Source: Candidatus Heimdallarchaeum aukensis
Lineage (GTDB): Archaea; Asgardarchaeota; Heimdallarchaeia; Heimdallarchaeales; Heimdallarchaeaceae
Length of the DNA: 64,000 nucleotides
Direction: 5' to 3'
Assembly: GCA_021513695.1 (NCBI GenBank)
Contig: CP084166.1
Coordinates: forward strand, 544,001-608,000
In this document: positions 46,358 through 56,906 of the stretch, in pieces
Position numbering within the stretch: position 1 is the first letter of the stretch
Layout: each line of letters begins with the position of its first letter
Position numbers and translations under genes: made by a program
The notes under the pieces: generated by a model
Database searches by the model: none
The model's input: the letters and a program-made list of their open reading frames with translations, nothing else
What the model was told of the DNA's origin: nothing

Positions 46358-48733
46358 CTAATTTATTTCTTCTTTTGTAACTTCGGGCATTTTCTTTGGC
46401 CACCAGTTCCATTTCTGAGCTAATGACATTATTGCTGGAACTAAAATTGTTCTAATAAAGAAAGTATCAACTAATACTGAAATACAGAGGATAAAACCTA
46501 CCTGATTCAATATCATTTCAGAGCTAATTAATAATCCTGAGAAAGCTATCGCCATTATTATTCCAGCAGCCGTAATTATTGTTCCTGTTTTTTCTACTCC
46601 CTTTATTATTGCGGATCTATCTGAATATCCCTTTTTCCTATATTCACTTATTCTGCTTAATAAGAATATATCATAGTCTAGTCCTAAACCCAGAACTATT
46701 GAAAAGGTAATTATTGGAACTATCCAATAAAGTGAATTCACCCCTCTTAAGACATTTGGGAACAACCAATCTAATACATTTTGCTCAAAAACTAGAACGG
46801 CAAGACCAAAAATCCAACTTAAGGTTAATCCAATAGTTATTAGCAGTCTTAAAGGGATGAAGAAAGAACCAAACATTATTACTATTAGGACATAGACTAT
46901 AAGAATTACAGTTAGAATCATATAGGGGAAAAGGTTTGTTGTTACTTCTAGAGAATCAATCCAGAATATAGCTCCACCAGCAAGGTAAATTTCGTATCCA
47001 AACTCTTTCTCAAAGTCCTTCAATAATTTTCTTGTATGTTTCACCCAATCTAATGCTTCTTTTCCTTGAGGGTCAAAAGGAGTAATTATTTCAAAGAGTG
47101 CAGAAGAATTGTCTGATGTAGCATAATTAGTCCACATTTGTTTATACAAATCAGAATTACTATCTGATGAAGATGGATTTAAGAGTATAGAGGCATAGAA
47201 CCATGGAATGGCTTGACCGTTCAACCAAGAGATTCCTGTTATAGATTCGTTAGTTAACTTCGTCTCAAGAGAAAGATTGGCTATGATCTTCTGACTATTT
47301 TCAAAAAATGTGGGATTCCTAACTCCATTAGTTTCATTGGTCTGAATAATTAAATAATAAGGTAACAATTGTCCAGCGTCAAAATCCTCTTCCAAGATAG
47401 CATAAGCAGCCCATGTTTGTGAATTTCTAGGTAGAAGATGTTTGTTTTCTAGACTAAGTTCCATTTTCATTACGTTCACAGATATCGGTACTGCGATAAC
47501 AAGAATTAACAAGATTATTGGAACAGCATATTTTTGAGAAAACTTTGTAATTGTAACCCAATTTAATTTCTTTCTTGCATCTTTGATATTTTCTTTAATT
47601 TTTTTGTTTTTACCATTGTTCTTTATTTTCTCCAGTTTCTGTTCTATTTTCTTAATGTATTTCTCATTATAGAAAAACTTACCAAAAGTAAGCAAAGCTG
47701 CAGGTGTAAAAGTTAGATTTGTAACTAAAGTAACAACAACTGTAATCCCTGCAGATAAGCCCAAAGAAGCAATGGCATTAACAGGAAAGAACATTAAACC
47801 TAAGAAACAAACAGCAAGAGTTAAACCAGAGACAAGTATTGTATGGCCAGAATGTTCATTCATTAATGAAACAGCTGTAAAATTATCTTTACCCTTCTCC
47901 ACTTCTTCTCTGTATCTAGTGAGTAAGAAAAGACTATAATCAATAGATATGGCTATAACTAACGACATAACAATACTTGGAGCAAAAGAAAGAATAGTGT
48001 AGATGTATGTAAACCCGTAAAGAATGAGAAAAGTAGTAAAGATACTAATTGCTATACTAATTAAAGGCAAAATCATAAGTTTAAGTCTTCTGATAACTAT
48101 AGCTAATACAATTAAAGCAATAGGTAAAATGAACGAATCCATGCGTTTTAGATTATCAACTATTGCTGTGCTGAAATCTCTATCCATAACTGCTAAGCCT
48201 GTAAGATATACAGAATACTCTTCTTCATTCAAATGAATCTCAAAAGCAGTGTCTTCAACATATTCAATAAAATCTTCCTCTACATCTTTATTCTCGGTTT
48301 CATAGATCACAATAATTAGAGTTGAAGTTAGATTCTCAGAAACGAATGATTTTGCAACATCCGATTGATTAATGGCTTGTAACCCATAATAACTGTAAAT
48401 TCCCTTAATTATCTGACTATTTTCAAAATTATTTAATTTTTCAATTAAAGCAAAAGTATAGTTCTGAACTTCAGGATTAAGAACAGAATTATTATTATTT
48501 GATTTTATAATAATGATTAAGCTTGTACTATTTGCTCTTTCAGGAAATACTTGCTCTAAAACTTGTTGAGCTTTATATCCATCAGTATACTCAGGAGGTT
48601 CAAACACATTTTCAGTTTTATCAAAAAAATTGAAACCATATGTTATTCCCAAAACTAGTATAATTATCCAAAAAACAAGTATTGGTACTCTAAATTTTTT
48701 TATGTATTTGTTATATCTATCAACAATCCCCAT
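46358..48733 (-). CDS. MMPL/RND-superfamily exporter (791 aa)
   Basis: Two blocks of ~6 TM helices separated by large extracytoplasmic loops, matching MMPL topology. Confidence 0.7.
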   Translation of the reverse strand: MGIVDRYNKYIKKFRVPILVFWIIILVLGITYGFNFFDKTENVFEPPEYTDGYKAQQVLEQVFPERANSTSLIIIIKSNNNNSVLNPEVQNYTFALIEKLNNFENSQIIKGIYSYYGLQAINQSDVAKSFVSENLTSTLIIVIYETENKDVEEDFIEYVEDTAFEIHLNEEEYSVYLTGLAVMDRDFSTAIVDNLKRMDSFILPIALIVLAIVIRRLKLMILPLISIAISIFTTFLILYGFTYIYTILSFAPSIVMSLVIAISIDYSLFLLTRYREEVEKGKDNFTAVSLMNEHSGHTILVSGLTLAVCFLGLMFFPVNAIASLGLSAGITVVVTLVTNLTFTPAALLTFGKFFYNEKYIKKIEQKLEKIKNNGKNKKIKENIKDARKKLNWVTITKFSQKYAVPIILLILVIAVPISVNVMKMELSLENKHLLPRNSQTWAAYAILEEDFDAGQLLPYYLIIQTNETNGVRNPTFFENSQKIIANLSLETKLTNESITGISWLNGQAIPWFYASILLNPSSSDSNSDLYKQMWTNYATSDNSSALFEIITPFDPQGKEALDWVKHTRKLLKDFEKEFGYEIYLAGGAIFWIDSLEVTTNLFPYMILTVILIVYVLIVIMFGSFFIPLRLLITIGLTLSWIFGLAVLVFEQNVLDWLFPNVLRGVNSLYWIVPIITFSIVLGLGLDYDIFLLSRISEYRKKGYSDRSAIIKGVEKTGTIITAAGIIMAIAFSGLLISSEMILNQVGFILCISVLVDTFFIRTILVPAIMSLAQKWNWWPKKMPEVTKEEIN

Positions 48734-48840
48734 TTCATATCACCCACGTTTTGTTTATTAATATGCGTTTTTTGTTGTCAGTATCCTAAACATAACAACA
48801 CCCTTATATAAACATAACCTAATAACTATTCTGAGAAGAG

Positions 48841-49530
48841 ATGAATGATAGTTTCAGGATGAGAAAAGATCAAAGAAAAGAATTAATTAAACAAGTAGCA
48901 ATACAAAAAATGGTTGAAGAGGGTATAGAAAACGTAAGTATGAAATCTATTGCAGAAGAAGCAGAAATATCAGATACGCTACTCTACCGCTATTATCCCA
49001 GTAAATATGTGATATTATATGACTTCTTCTTATGTGAATTTGATAAAATAAATGATCGAATTGAAGAAATCTTTGAAACAATCAAAATAATGATTACTGA
49101 CCTTTCTCAATCAATTCCAATTCTAGTTAAAATATTGAAAAAACTTCTAAGAGAGTTCAAGTATGGATTACTCTTATTAATAAATGAAGAGGAAAAAATA
49201 TTTACTTACTTGGAAGAAGGAAGAAAAATTTGGGAAGAGAAAGGAGAAAACGTTCCTACTCTTTCATTAGAATATTTCCTAAATAAGCAAACAGTGGAAG
49301 TTATCGCAGAATATTTCTTAAGATGTAAAAAGGACGGGTTCTTTAAAGAAACAATTGACCCAAAAGTTGCTTCAATGATGCTTATAACAATAATCTGGCA
49401 AACAATAATAAAAAGACCATACAAGTTCTTAGAACCAGAAATGAAAGAAGAAGAATATGATAGATTACTTGATGCACAAATAGATATCATAATCAAGGCT
49501 TTAACTCCAAAGTCTAAAAGTGAAAAATAG
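48841..49530 (+). CDS. TetR-family transcriptional regulator, divergent from the MMPL gene
   Basis: N-terminal HTH SMKSIAEEAEISDTLLYRYYPSK. Confidence 0.7.
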   Translation: MNDSFRMRKDQRKELIKQVAIQKMVEEGIENVSMKSIAEEAEISDTLLYRYYPSKYVILYDFFLCEFDKINDRIEEIFETIKIMITDLSQSIPILVKILKKLLREFKYGLLLLINEEEKIFTYLEEGRKIWEEKGENVPTLSLEYFLNKQTVEVIAEYFLRCKKDGFFKETIDPKVASMMLITIIWQTIIKRPYKFLEPEMKEEEYDRLLDAQIDIIIKALTPKSKSEK

Positions 49531-49575
49531 AATTAAAATTTTAAAGATATAAAGAAAAAGTGGGTCTATTATTAC

Positions 49576-50151
49576 TTAAGCTATGATAAGCTCGATAAAA
49601 TCGTTTGCAAATTTTTCTACTTTTTTCCAATCTCTGAAGTCAACAATATTGTTTTTCATATCTGGTTCATGTTCTTTGGCCACTACAGAAGCAATTTTCT
49701 TATCTAGCCAGCCCATTCTACTATTATCTGACAGATCAAGTTTTCCTCCAAATGCTTCAATTAGTTGAAATTCTAAACCTAGTTTTTCAATTCGTTCAAT
49801 TATGTATTGTTTTTTAATTTCATCATATCTTTCTTGCTGTGCAGCAAAAGCTGAACTAATGAAAAATGCCTTTTTTCCGCTATATTGTTTTAGTTTTTCT
49901 TTCTCCTTATTCAGATAATTTTTTACTTCTTTTACCCACATTGACATCTTAATTCCTGTACCTATAACAACACCATCGTAATTATTAATTTTAGGAAGAT
50001 TTTTGTTTTTGACTTTTTTTAAATCAAAAATGTCTGTTTTAATTTCTTTTTTCTCAAACATCTCCTTTAATTTCTCAGCTACTTCTTCTGTTGCTCCAAA
50101 TCTTGTTCCATATAGGATTAAAACTTTCTTATCAGTAATTTTATTCACCAA
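49576..50151 (-). CDS. Flavodoxin-like protein
   Basis: KKVLILYGTRFGATEEVAEKL N-terminal flavodoxin signature. Confidence 0.6.
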   Translation of the reverse strand: MVNKITDKKVLILYGTRFGATEEVAEKLKEMFEKKEIKTDIFDLKKVKNKNLPKINNYDGVVIGTGIKMSMWVKEVKNYLNKEKEKLKQYSGKKAFFISSAFAAQQERYDEIKKQYIIERIEKLGLEFQLIEAFGGKLDLSDNSRMGWLDKKIASVVAKEHEPDMKNNIVDFRDWKKVEKFANDFIELIIA

Positions 50152-50397
50152 TTTGATTTACAAAATGCATAGAATATAACTTTTTGCTTTTACAAAACAG
50201 AAATAAAATAAGTCTTGAGAACTGAGAACTAAGGTGAAAAATAGTGTCACTTTGATACAACTCTCAAGACAAGAAAAACATAAACAACACAGAAATTAAA
50301 AATTAATTCTATATTATTGGACTTAACCCCTATCTCCATTTCAACGCTTTTTTTCAATAATTAATAAAAGAACAAGAAAAAAGAGTAAGAAGGTATT

Positions 50398-50826
50398 TTA
50401 TAATATAATGAAGAAATAGAGAACAATTTGTGATATGGTGAAGGATAGAATAGACAAAACGAGGAAAAACCTACATAAATACTTGAAAAATAGTTGTTTT
50501 CGGTTTTGGGGATTAATTCTGTGAAATAATCGCGTAGAAATGTTTGGCTCTTCTTTTTTTGATAAGCTAATTAAATGTGGAATAGCAAAGGTTGCAGCAA
50601 GATCTGTGCTTATTGTTACAAAGGGTATTAATACTAACACAAAATATAGCACACTCAGGGTCAAGTCTTCTGTAAAGATAGATTTTTCAAAAAAAGTAAA
50701 TGGAATCACTACTCCTACAAAAGTGAACAAAAACAATATCAGTACTTCAAATATAAAACTACCTTTCCACGATATTTGCTCGGGAGAGCTGATAATGATT
50801 TTTTTGTTTTTCTTATTAGGTTGCAT
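50398..50826 (-). CDS. Small membrane protein (142 aa)
   Basis: Three to four hydrophobic helices. Its start codon lies 5 bp from the stop of the peptidase gene upstream. Confidence 0.4.
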   Translation of the reverse strand: MQPNKKNKKIIISSPEQISWKGSFIFEVLILFLFTFVGVVIPFTFFEKSIFTEDLTLSVLYFVLVLIPFVTISTDLAATFAIPHLISLSKKEEPNISTRLFHRINPQNRKQLFFKYLCRFFLVLSILSFTISQIVLYFFIIL

Positions 50827-50830
50827 AGTT

Positions 50831-52405
50831 TCAATCCTTTGAAGTGAGATGATATTTATATTCTTTTCCGAATATTTTTAGAAATTTTGCGATATATAAT
50901 TCAAAATCTATTATCCCACCTACTTGTTTATTATCTGCCTTAATAACTGCATATTCTAAAGGAGCATGCGCTCTTCCACTATGTCCCATTCCTGCTACTA
51001 TAAAAGGTATTTTCAATTTTTGCTGGAATAAAGAAAATGGAGCTGAACCTGCAAGTAGAGGTAGGACCATTACTTCTTTTTTGAATTCCTTGTACAACCT
51101 GTAAGAAATTTGAGCTAATGGATGTGAGAAAGGTATTTTTGCTGGCTCATATCCTCCTTTTTCAAATTCATATTCTATCATTGGAAAGTTTCTATCAAGA
51201 AATTCACTATATTTCTGTATCACATAAGATCTTGACTGAAATGGAGGGATTCTTATATCTAAATTTGCTTTTACTTCATGAGGGATTATTGTCATTGTTC
51301 CTTCTCCATAATATCCTCCTTCTATCCCATTTACTGATAACCCAGGTTTAAACAATATTTCTATTACTGCTTCTTTTCCCTTTAGTTCTTCTCCTTCTTT
51401 ATTGTTTCTAAATCTTTGAATTAGTCCTCCCCGCTTCATATTTTCTTCAAGAGAGTATTTTTTTAGATACTCCTCAATTATTTTTTCATCTTCCTCATTA
51501 GGATTTATTATTGCGGGATCATCCATTATTCCAGGAACAAGTATCTCATTTGTTTTATCATTTTTGAGCGAATGAATACATTCTATCAGTTTAAAGATCG
51601 GATTTTCTATTAACCCTGACAACGATGAATGCATATTGATTTTTGCTGGTCCTCCCCACTCTCCTCCTTTACACCGAAGTTTTAAAGCTACTATTCCTTT
51701 CACTCCTAAAGGCATACTTATCCTACCTAATTCATCTTCCCAAAAAGCAGGAAAAAGCAAAGCATCAGCTTTTTCTAGTTTTTCTTTATATTGTTCTATA
51801 AAGGGACCAATGTGTGTTGAACCTAGTTCTTCTTCTCCTTCTAGAGCAAAGATTATATTTACTGGTAATTCTCCATACAGTTCCTTATATACTTCTAAGA
51901 CATTAAAAAAAGCTATCGTTGGGCCTTTCTGATTACATACTCCTCTACCAAGAAGACATTTTCCTTTATATCCTTCTATCCACTCAAAATCAATTATTTC
52001 TGCGCCAAAGGGGTCAATCATTTTTTCTTCATAAACCCATTTTTCTGGAAATACAGGTTGAACATCATACATGCTGTAAAATAGAATAGTAGGTTTAGTT
52101 TCATCATGAACTAATTCTCCATAAACTACAGGGTGACCAAATTCACCTTTAGTCAAATCAACTAAATGAACGTCTTCTCCTCCTAAATGGACAATTTTCT
52201 CCATTAACATTTCTGTCATTTTTTCTATTCCGTTTCCATCAGCAGATACCGAAGGTTGTTTAATAAATCGTCTAATTTCTTCAATATGTTTAGTTTCAAA
52301 ATCTGTTTTTATTTTTGAATAAATTTCTTCAATATTCAATTTAATCACTAATAATTTACATTGTTTGTATAAATAGCTTTTGAGACTTTTTACTAAAAAT
52401 ACCAC
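50831..52405 (-). CDS. M20-family metallopeptidase (dipeptidase / ArgE-DapE-like)
   Basis: 524 aa with M20 catalytic and dimerisation domain signatures (…HLGGEDVHLVDL…GRGVCNQKGP…EGEEELGS…). Confidence 0.7.
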   Translation of the reverse strand: MVFLVKSLKSYLYKQCKLLVIKLNIEEIYSKIKTDFETKHIEEIRRFIKQPSVSADGNGIEKMTEMLMEKIVHLGGEDVHLVDLTKGEFGHPVVYGELVHDETKPTILFYSMYDVQPVFPEKWVYEEKMIDPFGAEIIDFEWIEGYKGKCLLGRGVCNQKGPTIAFFNVLEVYKELYGELPVNIIFALEGEEELGSTHIGPFIEQYKEKLEKADALLFPAFWEDELGRISMPLGVKGIVALKLRCKGGEWGGPAKINMHSSLSGLIENPIFKLIECIHSLKNDKTNEILVPGIMDDPAIINPNEEDEKIIEEYLKKYSLEENMKRGGLIQRFRNNKEGEELKGKEAVIEILFKPGLSVNGIEGGYYGEGTMTIIPHEVKANLDIRIPPFQSRSYVIQKYSEFLDRNFPMIEYEFEKGGYEPAKIPFSHPLAQISYRLYKEFKKEVMVLPLLAGSAPFSLFQQKLKIPFIVAGMGHSGRAHAPLEYAVIKADNKQVGGIIDFELYIAKFLKIFGKEYKYHLTSKD

Positions 52406-52489
52406 TACAATATTTTAGTAGTATTGTAGAGAAAACTGTCTTTGAGTAAAAAATAAAAGATACAGGTGTAAATTAATTTAGGTGAGTAT

Positions 52490-52831
52490 ATGATCAAAAA
52501 ACATTATGATCAAGTTGAAAAACTAGACGTAACAGACTACGGTTCTACAGGAACAACAATTAGATGGTTGATAACAAAAGAAGATGGTGCACCTAGATTT
52601 ACCATGCGAAGATTTGAAATTGAACCAAATGGTCAAATTGGAATGCATAGTCACCCACAAGAGCACGAAATTTACATTTTACAAGGAACTGGAATAGTTT
52701 ACAATGATAAAGAAGAATTTAATGTAAAAGCTCACGATGTATTGTTTGTTCCTCCAGATGAACCCCATGGCTATAAGAATACTGGAAATGAAAACTTCAC
52801 TTTTATCTGTGTCATTCCGTATTTAGAATAA
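52490..52831 (+). CDS. Cupin-domain protein
   Basis: GMHSHPQEHEIYILQG ... PPDEPHGYKN double-His cupin motifs. Confidence 0.7.
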   Translation: MIKKHYDQVEKLDVTDYGSTGTTIRWLITKEDGAPRFTMRRFEIEPNGQIGMHSHPQEHEIYILQGTGIVYNDKEEFNVKAHDVLFVPPDEPHGYKNTGNENFTFICVIPYLE

Positions 52832-53283
52832 AAAAATTAACTTTCTTTTACATTTTCAATCCATTTTTTCATTTCATCTATTGTAGGCATAGAACATTTT
52901 GAAACTATCCTTGGACTAGGCTTTTTAGCTACTTCAGTTGCTTTCTATAGTAACTCTTCTGGTTCATGAAATTGCTTATCTGGAGCTTTTGAACTATTAA
53001 GATAAACTTCTATATTTTTTAAGAACAATTTCTTCCATTTTGGTTTAATAAGTTGTAATGTTTCTACTGCTACTTTGTGATTACAGAACGACTCATTGAT
53101 TTTAATGCTATATTAAAATATGATGTCTAAAATTACATTTAAATAAAGAAAGCTTTTCAGTTTGTGGTTGTTCAATTTCTATACAGTGCAAAAAAAATCA
53201 ATAATTATATTTTCAGCTAAAAAAGTCATTGATTAAAATAGTTGTTAGAAAAACCTTAAATTTTATTATTTTCATTAAAAATT

Positions 53284-54066
53284 ATGGGAAAAGCTGAAAA
53301 AGATTATATTGATCGACTAGATGCCCAGTACAAACGTCAATCTGTATGGACGAAAGATTATAGAAATAAGATTTACCGTCAGATTGGTATTAAAGGGGCT
53401 AGAAGAATACTAGAAGTTGGTTGCGGAACAGGGGCCATTACCAAAGAAATTCGAGAAAAAAGCTCTGCTCAAATAACAGCCATCGATAGAGATCATTTAG
53501 TTATTGCTACTGCTCAAGAAAATATTACTGAGGTAGAATTTTATCGTATGAGCGTTGAAGAGATGTCCTTTCGGGATGAAACATTTGATATTGTTTTGTG
53601 TAACTATTTCTTTATGTGGCTTAATAAACCTTTCAAGTCTCTTATGGAGATGGTTAGAGTTTGTAAAACTGGAGGATATATTGTTGCTCTTGCAGAACCT
53701 GATTATGGAGGATGGATAGAACATCCTGATTTTGGTTTGGGAAAAAAACACATAGAAGGAATAAAAAAGCAAGGGGCTGACCCATTTATAGGGAGAAAAC
53801 TTCTTTCATTATTTGAATCTGGAGGGTTAGAAACAACTCTCTCTGTTGTTGCTAATGTCTGGGGAAAAGAAAGATTATTAGAACAAATTAAGAATGAATG
53901 GAAACTTGTTTTAGAAACAGAACAGATAAATGATGAAGAATACCAAGAAATAATAACCAAAGAAGTAAAGACTATAGAAGATAACATGAGAATGATTTTC
54001 TTACCTATATTTTCTGCTATAGGTAAAAAAATAAAATGTGTGCAAAAGCCCTCAACTCCTCCATAA
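53284..54066 (+). CDS. Class I SAM-dependent methyltransferase
   Basis: ILEVGCGTGAIT motif I. Confidence 0.75.
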   Translation: MGKAEKDYIDRLDAQYKRQSVWTKDYRNKIYRQIGIKGARRILEVGCGTGAITKEIREKSSAQITAIDRDHLVIATAQENITEVEFYRMSVEEMSFRDETFDIVLCNYFFMWLNKPFKSLMEMVRVCKTGGYIVALAEPDYGGWIEHPDFGLGKKHIEGIKKQGADPFIGRKLLSLFESGGLETTLSVVANVWGKERLLEQIKNEWKLVLETEQINDEEYQEIITKEVKTIEDNMRMIFLPIFSAIGKKIKCVQKPSTPP

Positions 54067-54146
54067 ACTCTTTTTTTACTATTAAGTAGGCAACACTTAA
54101 TATCCCTACAAAGGATTTTTTTATAAGAAGTTAGAGTGGAAGTCAA

Positions 54147-54845
54147 ATGGATACTAGTTCAAAAATTTTTTTAGTTTTGTTTACATTAACATCGATTCTT
54201 CATATTATAGAAGAGCTTAAAATAGATCTAAAGAAAAAACAAAATTCTATTTTGAGCTCAATTACTAAACTTCTTCTTATTCCATTTTTATTAGTATTTT
54301 ACATAATTTCAGCAATTACAGTATATCCTCTCATAGTCACAGCATTAGTTTCAGGGTTCTTAGGTGATTTATTTTTACTTTTACAAAGATTATATAGAAA
54401 AGAACGCTTCTTCTATTTAGGACTAGGTTCTTTTGCCCTTGGACATGTTTTCTATATTTTTAACTTCATAATTTTGACTTCTTTCCACAATTTTAGATGG
54501 TACTCTATTTTCCTTACATTTCCATTTATTTTAGGAGGAATAATAATAACTAAAATTCTATTAGTGCATATTAAAAAGAAAGAAGAGAAGATTTCAGTAG
54601 TTTTTTACATTTTAATGATGGTTATTTTAGGGATTAGTTCTTCCATACTTTTCGCTTCAAGTTATCGAACAAGTGAATTACTAATCTATCTCGGAGCTAT
54701 ATTTTTCGCAATTTCAGATGGAACAAACGGATATTGCAGATTTGTTAAACCGATTAAATACAAAGGAACTATAATTATGAGCACTTATATTGTAGCTCAA
54801 TTTTTGATTATTTATGGAATGTCCTCACTTACTAACATCATTTAG
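54147..54845 (+). CDS. YhhN-family-like (lysoplasmalogenase-like) membrane protein
   Basis: About 7 TM helices with SGFLGDLFLL and ALGHVFYI motifs. Confidence 0.5.
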   Translation: MDTSSKIFLVLFTLTSILHIIEELKIDLKKKQNSILSSITKLLLIPFLLVFYIISAITVYPLIVTALVSGFLGDLFLLLQRLYRKERFFYLGLGSFALGHVFYIFNFIILTSFHNFRWYSIFLTFPFILGGIIITKILLVHIKKKEEKISVVFYILMMVILGISSSILFASSYRTSELLIYLGAIFFAISDGTNGYCRFVKPIKYKGTIIMSTYIVAQFLIIYGMSSLTNII

Positions 54846-54903
54846 ACACTCTTTCTTTTTCTATTCTGACAACTTTAAATAATACCTTTTTTCGAATTAA
54901 AAT

Positions 54904-55278
54904 ATGAAAGATCTTGATGAATTTAAAGAATTCAGAAAAAAGATGAATGAAAGAATCTTTTCTTATGGAAACAAACAAATAAACAGATTTTTCTCTTTAG
55001 ACTCCCAGTCTTATCGTGAAGGAGCTTTATCTGAAAAAGTAAAAGAACTCTTAGGTTTAGCTACTTCCACAGTTTTGAGATGTGAAGACTGTATTACTTA
55101 TCATATTATAAGAGCTGTTCAAGTTGGATGTACCGATGATGAGATAATAGAAGCACTCGAAATAGCTTTAATCGTTGGGGGGTCAATTGTTATTCCCGAA
55201 TTGCGGAGAGCGGTGTCCACACTAGAAGATTTGAGAGAAAGACAAAAGAAAGGATTATCTATAGATGAATTAGTTTAA
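54904..55278 (+). CDS. Carboxymuconolactone decarboxylase / AhpD-like protein
   Basis: CEDCITYH (CxxCxxxH) core motif. Confidence 0.75.
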   Translation: MKDLDEFKEFRKKMNERIFSYGNKQINRFFSLDSQSYREGALSEKVKELLGLATSTVLRCEDCITYHIIRAVQVGCTDDEIIEALEIALIVGGSIVIPELRRAVSTLEDLRERQKKGLSIDELV

Positions 55279-55344
55279 CACCCCTTCTTTTTTTCATAAC
55301 GTTCTCTTTTTACTGTTAAAAACGAAGAGAAGTAGTTTTGTATC

Positions 55345-55875
55345 TTAACTGTATGTTTTTAGTTTATCTAATTCCATATGTAACAATTTTTTAGCTTCTG
55401 TATTCTTGGAATTTAACCTTAAAGCTTTTTGGAAACACCTAATTGCTTCTTCTCCAGCAAGTACCTTTCCCAAACTGATCCAATCTCTTTCAGATTGGGG
55501 TCTTTGTTCGCCTAAGACAAATTTTAATCCTTCTTCAGGTTTCCCAAAATCTACAAAAACTACATGTTGTTGTATTAGTCCTGTAGATTGGATATTTGGT
55601 AAAATCGTTTTTAACAACGTTTCTTTATAAGTTGGCTCTTGATGTTTTTTTGAAACCAACCAGTACCACTCTGTTACATCTTCTTTTATTTTTGTTACCA
55701 ATATATGAGACTTATATTTTACTTCAGTTTTACACTTTGGGCATTTGTATACATTTATTTTTCCATTTATAATCTGTTTCAGCCTAAACGGTTCTTCATT
55801 CAAATTAATTGAAGAGCAAGCTCGAATTTCAAATTCTTTCGAACAATTTGGACAAATTATAACCTCTCTTTCCAT
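55345..55875 (-). CDS. Zinc-ribbon protein with a C-terminal helical (TPR-like) region
   Basis: CPNC...CPKC motifs. Confidence 0.4.
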   Translation of the reverse strand: MEREVIICPNCSKEFEIRACSSINLNEEPFRLKQIINGKINVYKCPKCKTEVKYKSHILVTKIKEDVTEWYWLVSKKHQEPTYKETLLKTILPNIQSTGLIQQHVVFVDFGKPEEGLKFVLGEQRPQSERDWISLGKVLAGEEAIRCFQKALRLNSKNTEAKKLLHMELDKLKTYS

Positions 55876-56016
55876 TGAGCCCCCCTTTTTCAGACTCTAA
55901 ATATAACATATATAAAATAACTTTATAAATCTACTCATTCACAAAAAAAGTCAATTATTACGAAAATAAGCATTTGAAGGAGTATAATAGAGTATTTTTG
56001 AATGAAAGGTTTTTTT

Positions 56017-56070
56017 TGTCGATATTTTTTTCGACACAAATAATAAATTGTCGATATTTTTTTCGACACA
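56017..56070. promoter_or_regulatory. Tandem pair of identical 22-bp palindromic sites TGTCGAtatttttttTCGACA(ca), a candidate operator in the divergent promoter region
   Basis: Copies at 56017-56038 and 56049-56070, 32 bp centre-to-centre. They lie between the divergent genes 55345-55875(-) and 56217-56846(+). Confidence 0.45.
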
Positions 56071-56216
56071 AGTATATTTTCAATCAATTTATTATAGTAT
56101 AAAAAATACTCAGATAGTTTTTCTTTATAATTTAAAGCTCTAAATTATAAAAAAGATGCTGATTGGTTTTTATTGGTACAGAAAAAATCTTTTTAAACTG
56201 AAAAATCTCTTTTAAA

Positions 56217-56846
56217 TTGAATTCAATGATTTCAAGAACATCGATGCTTAAACCAGAATTGCTTAAAAAAATGATGGCTGAAAGTGAAAAGAAAATCAGA
56301 GTAGAAAAAGAGTCTATTAACGCAATTAATGTTTTTCCAGTTGCTGATGGAGACACAGGAGCAAATATGTATTTTACGATAAAGAAAATAGTAGAAGAAG
56401 TTCAAAACGTAACAGATGAAGAAAAAATTCTTTCAGCTATTAATAGAGGAGCATTTTTAGGTGCTAAAGGAAATTCAGGTGTTATTTACTCTCAATTTTT
56501 AATAGGTATAGTTGAGAGCCTGGAAGAACAACAAGAAATTACAATAAATTCATTTTCTAAGGGGCTAGAGCAAGGAGTAGAATATGCTTATGACGCAGTA
56601 ATGAACCCTGTAGAAGGGACAATATTAACTGTTATGCGTAAAGTGGCTGAAAAAGCTGCACAAATAGCAAAAACAAATGAAGAAATTGGGTGGGTAGAGT
56701 TTTTTGATGAATTAATTGAAACAGCTTACAAATCTTTAGAAGAAACTCCAGAACAACTCGAAGTGTTAAAAAACGCAGGAGTAGTAGATGCAGGAGCAAA
56801 AGGTTTTGTTCATATATTAGAATCATGGAGAAAAGCTTTGGAATAA
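56217..56846 (+). CDS. DAK2-domain protein (DhaL-like)
   Basis: NVFPVADGDTGANM signature. Confidence 0.7.
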   Translation: MNSMISRTSMLKPELLKKMMAESEKKIRVEKESINAINVFPVADGDTGANMYFTIKKIVEEVQNVTDEEKILSAINRGAFLGAKGNSGVIYSQFLIGIVESLEEQQEITINSFSKGLEQGVEYAYDAVMNPVEGTILTVMRKVAEKAAQIAKTNEEIGWVEFFDELIETAYKSLEETPEQLEVLKNAGVVDAGAKGFVHILESWRKALE

Positions 56847-56906
56847 ACCTAAATGCTCATAGTTTTCATTTTTCATTTAATTACCTTTAAATAATATTAG
56901 ATTCCT

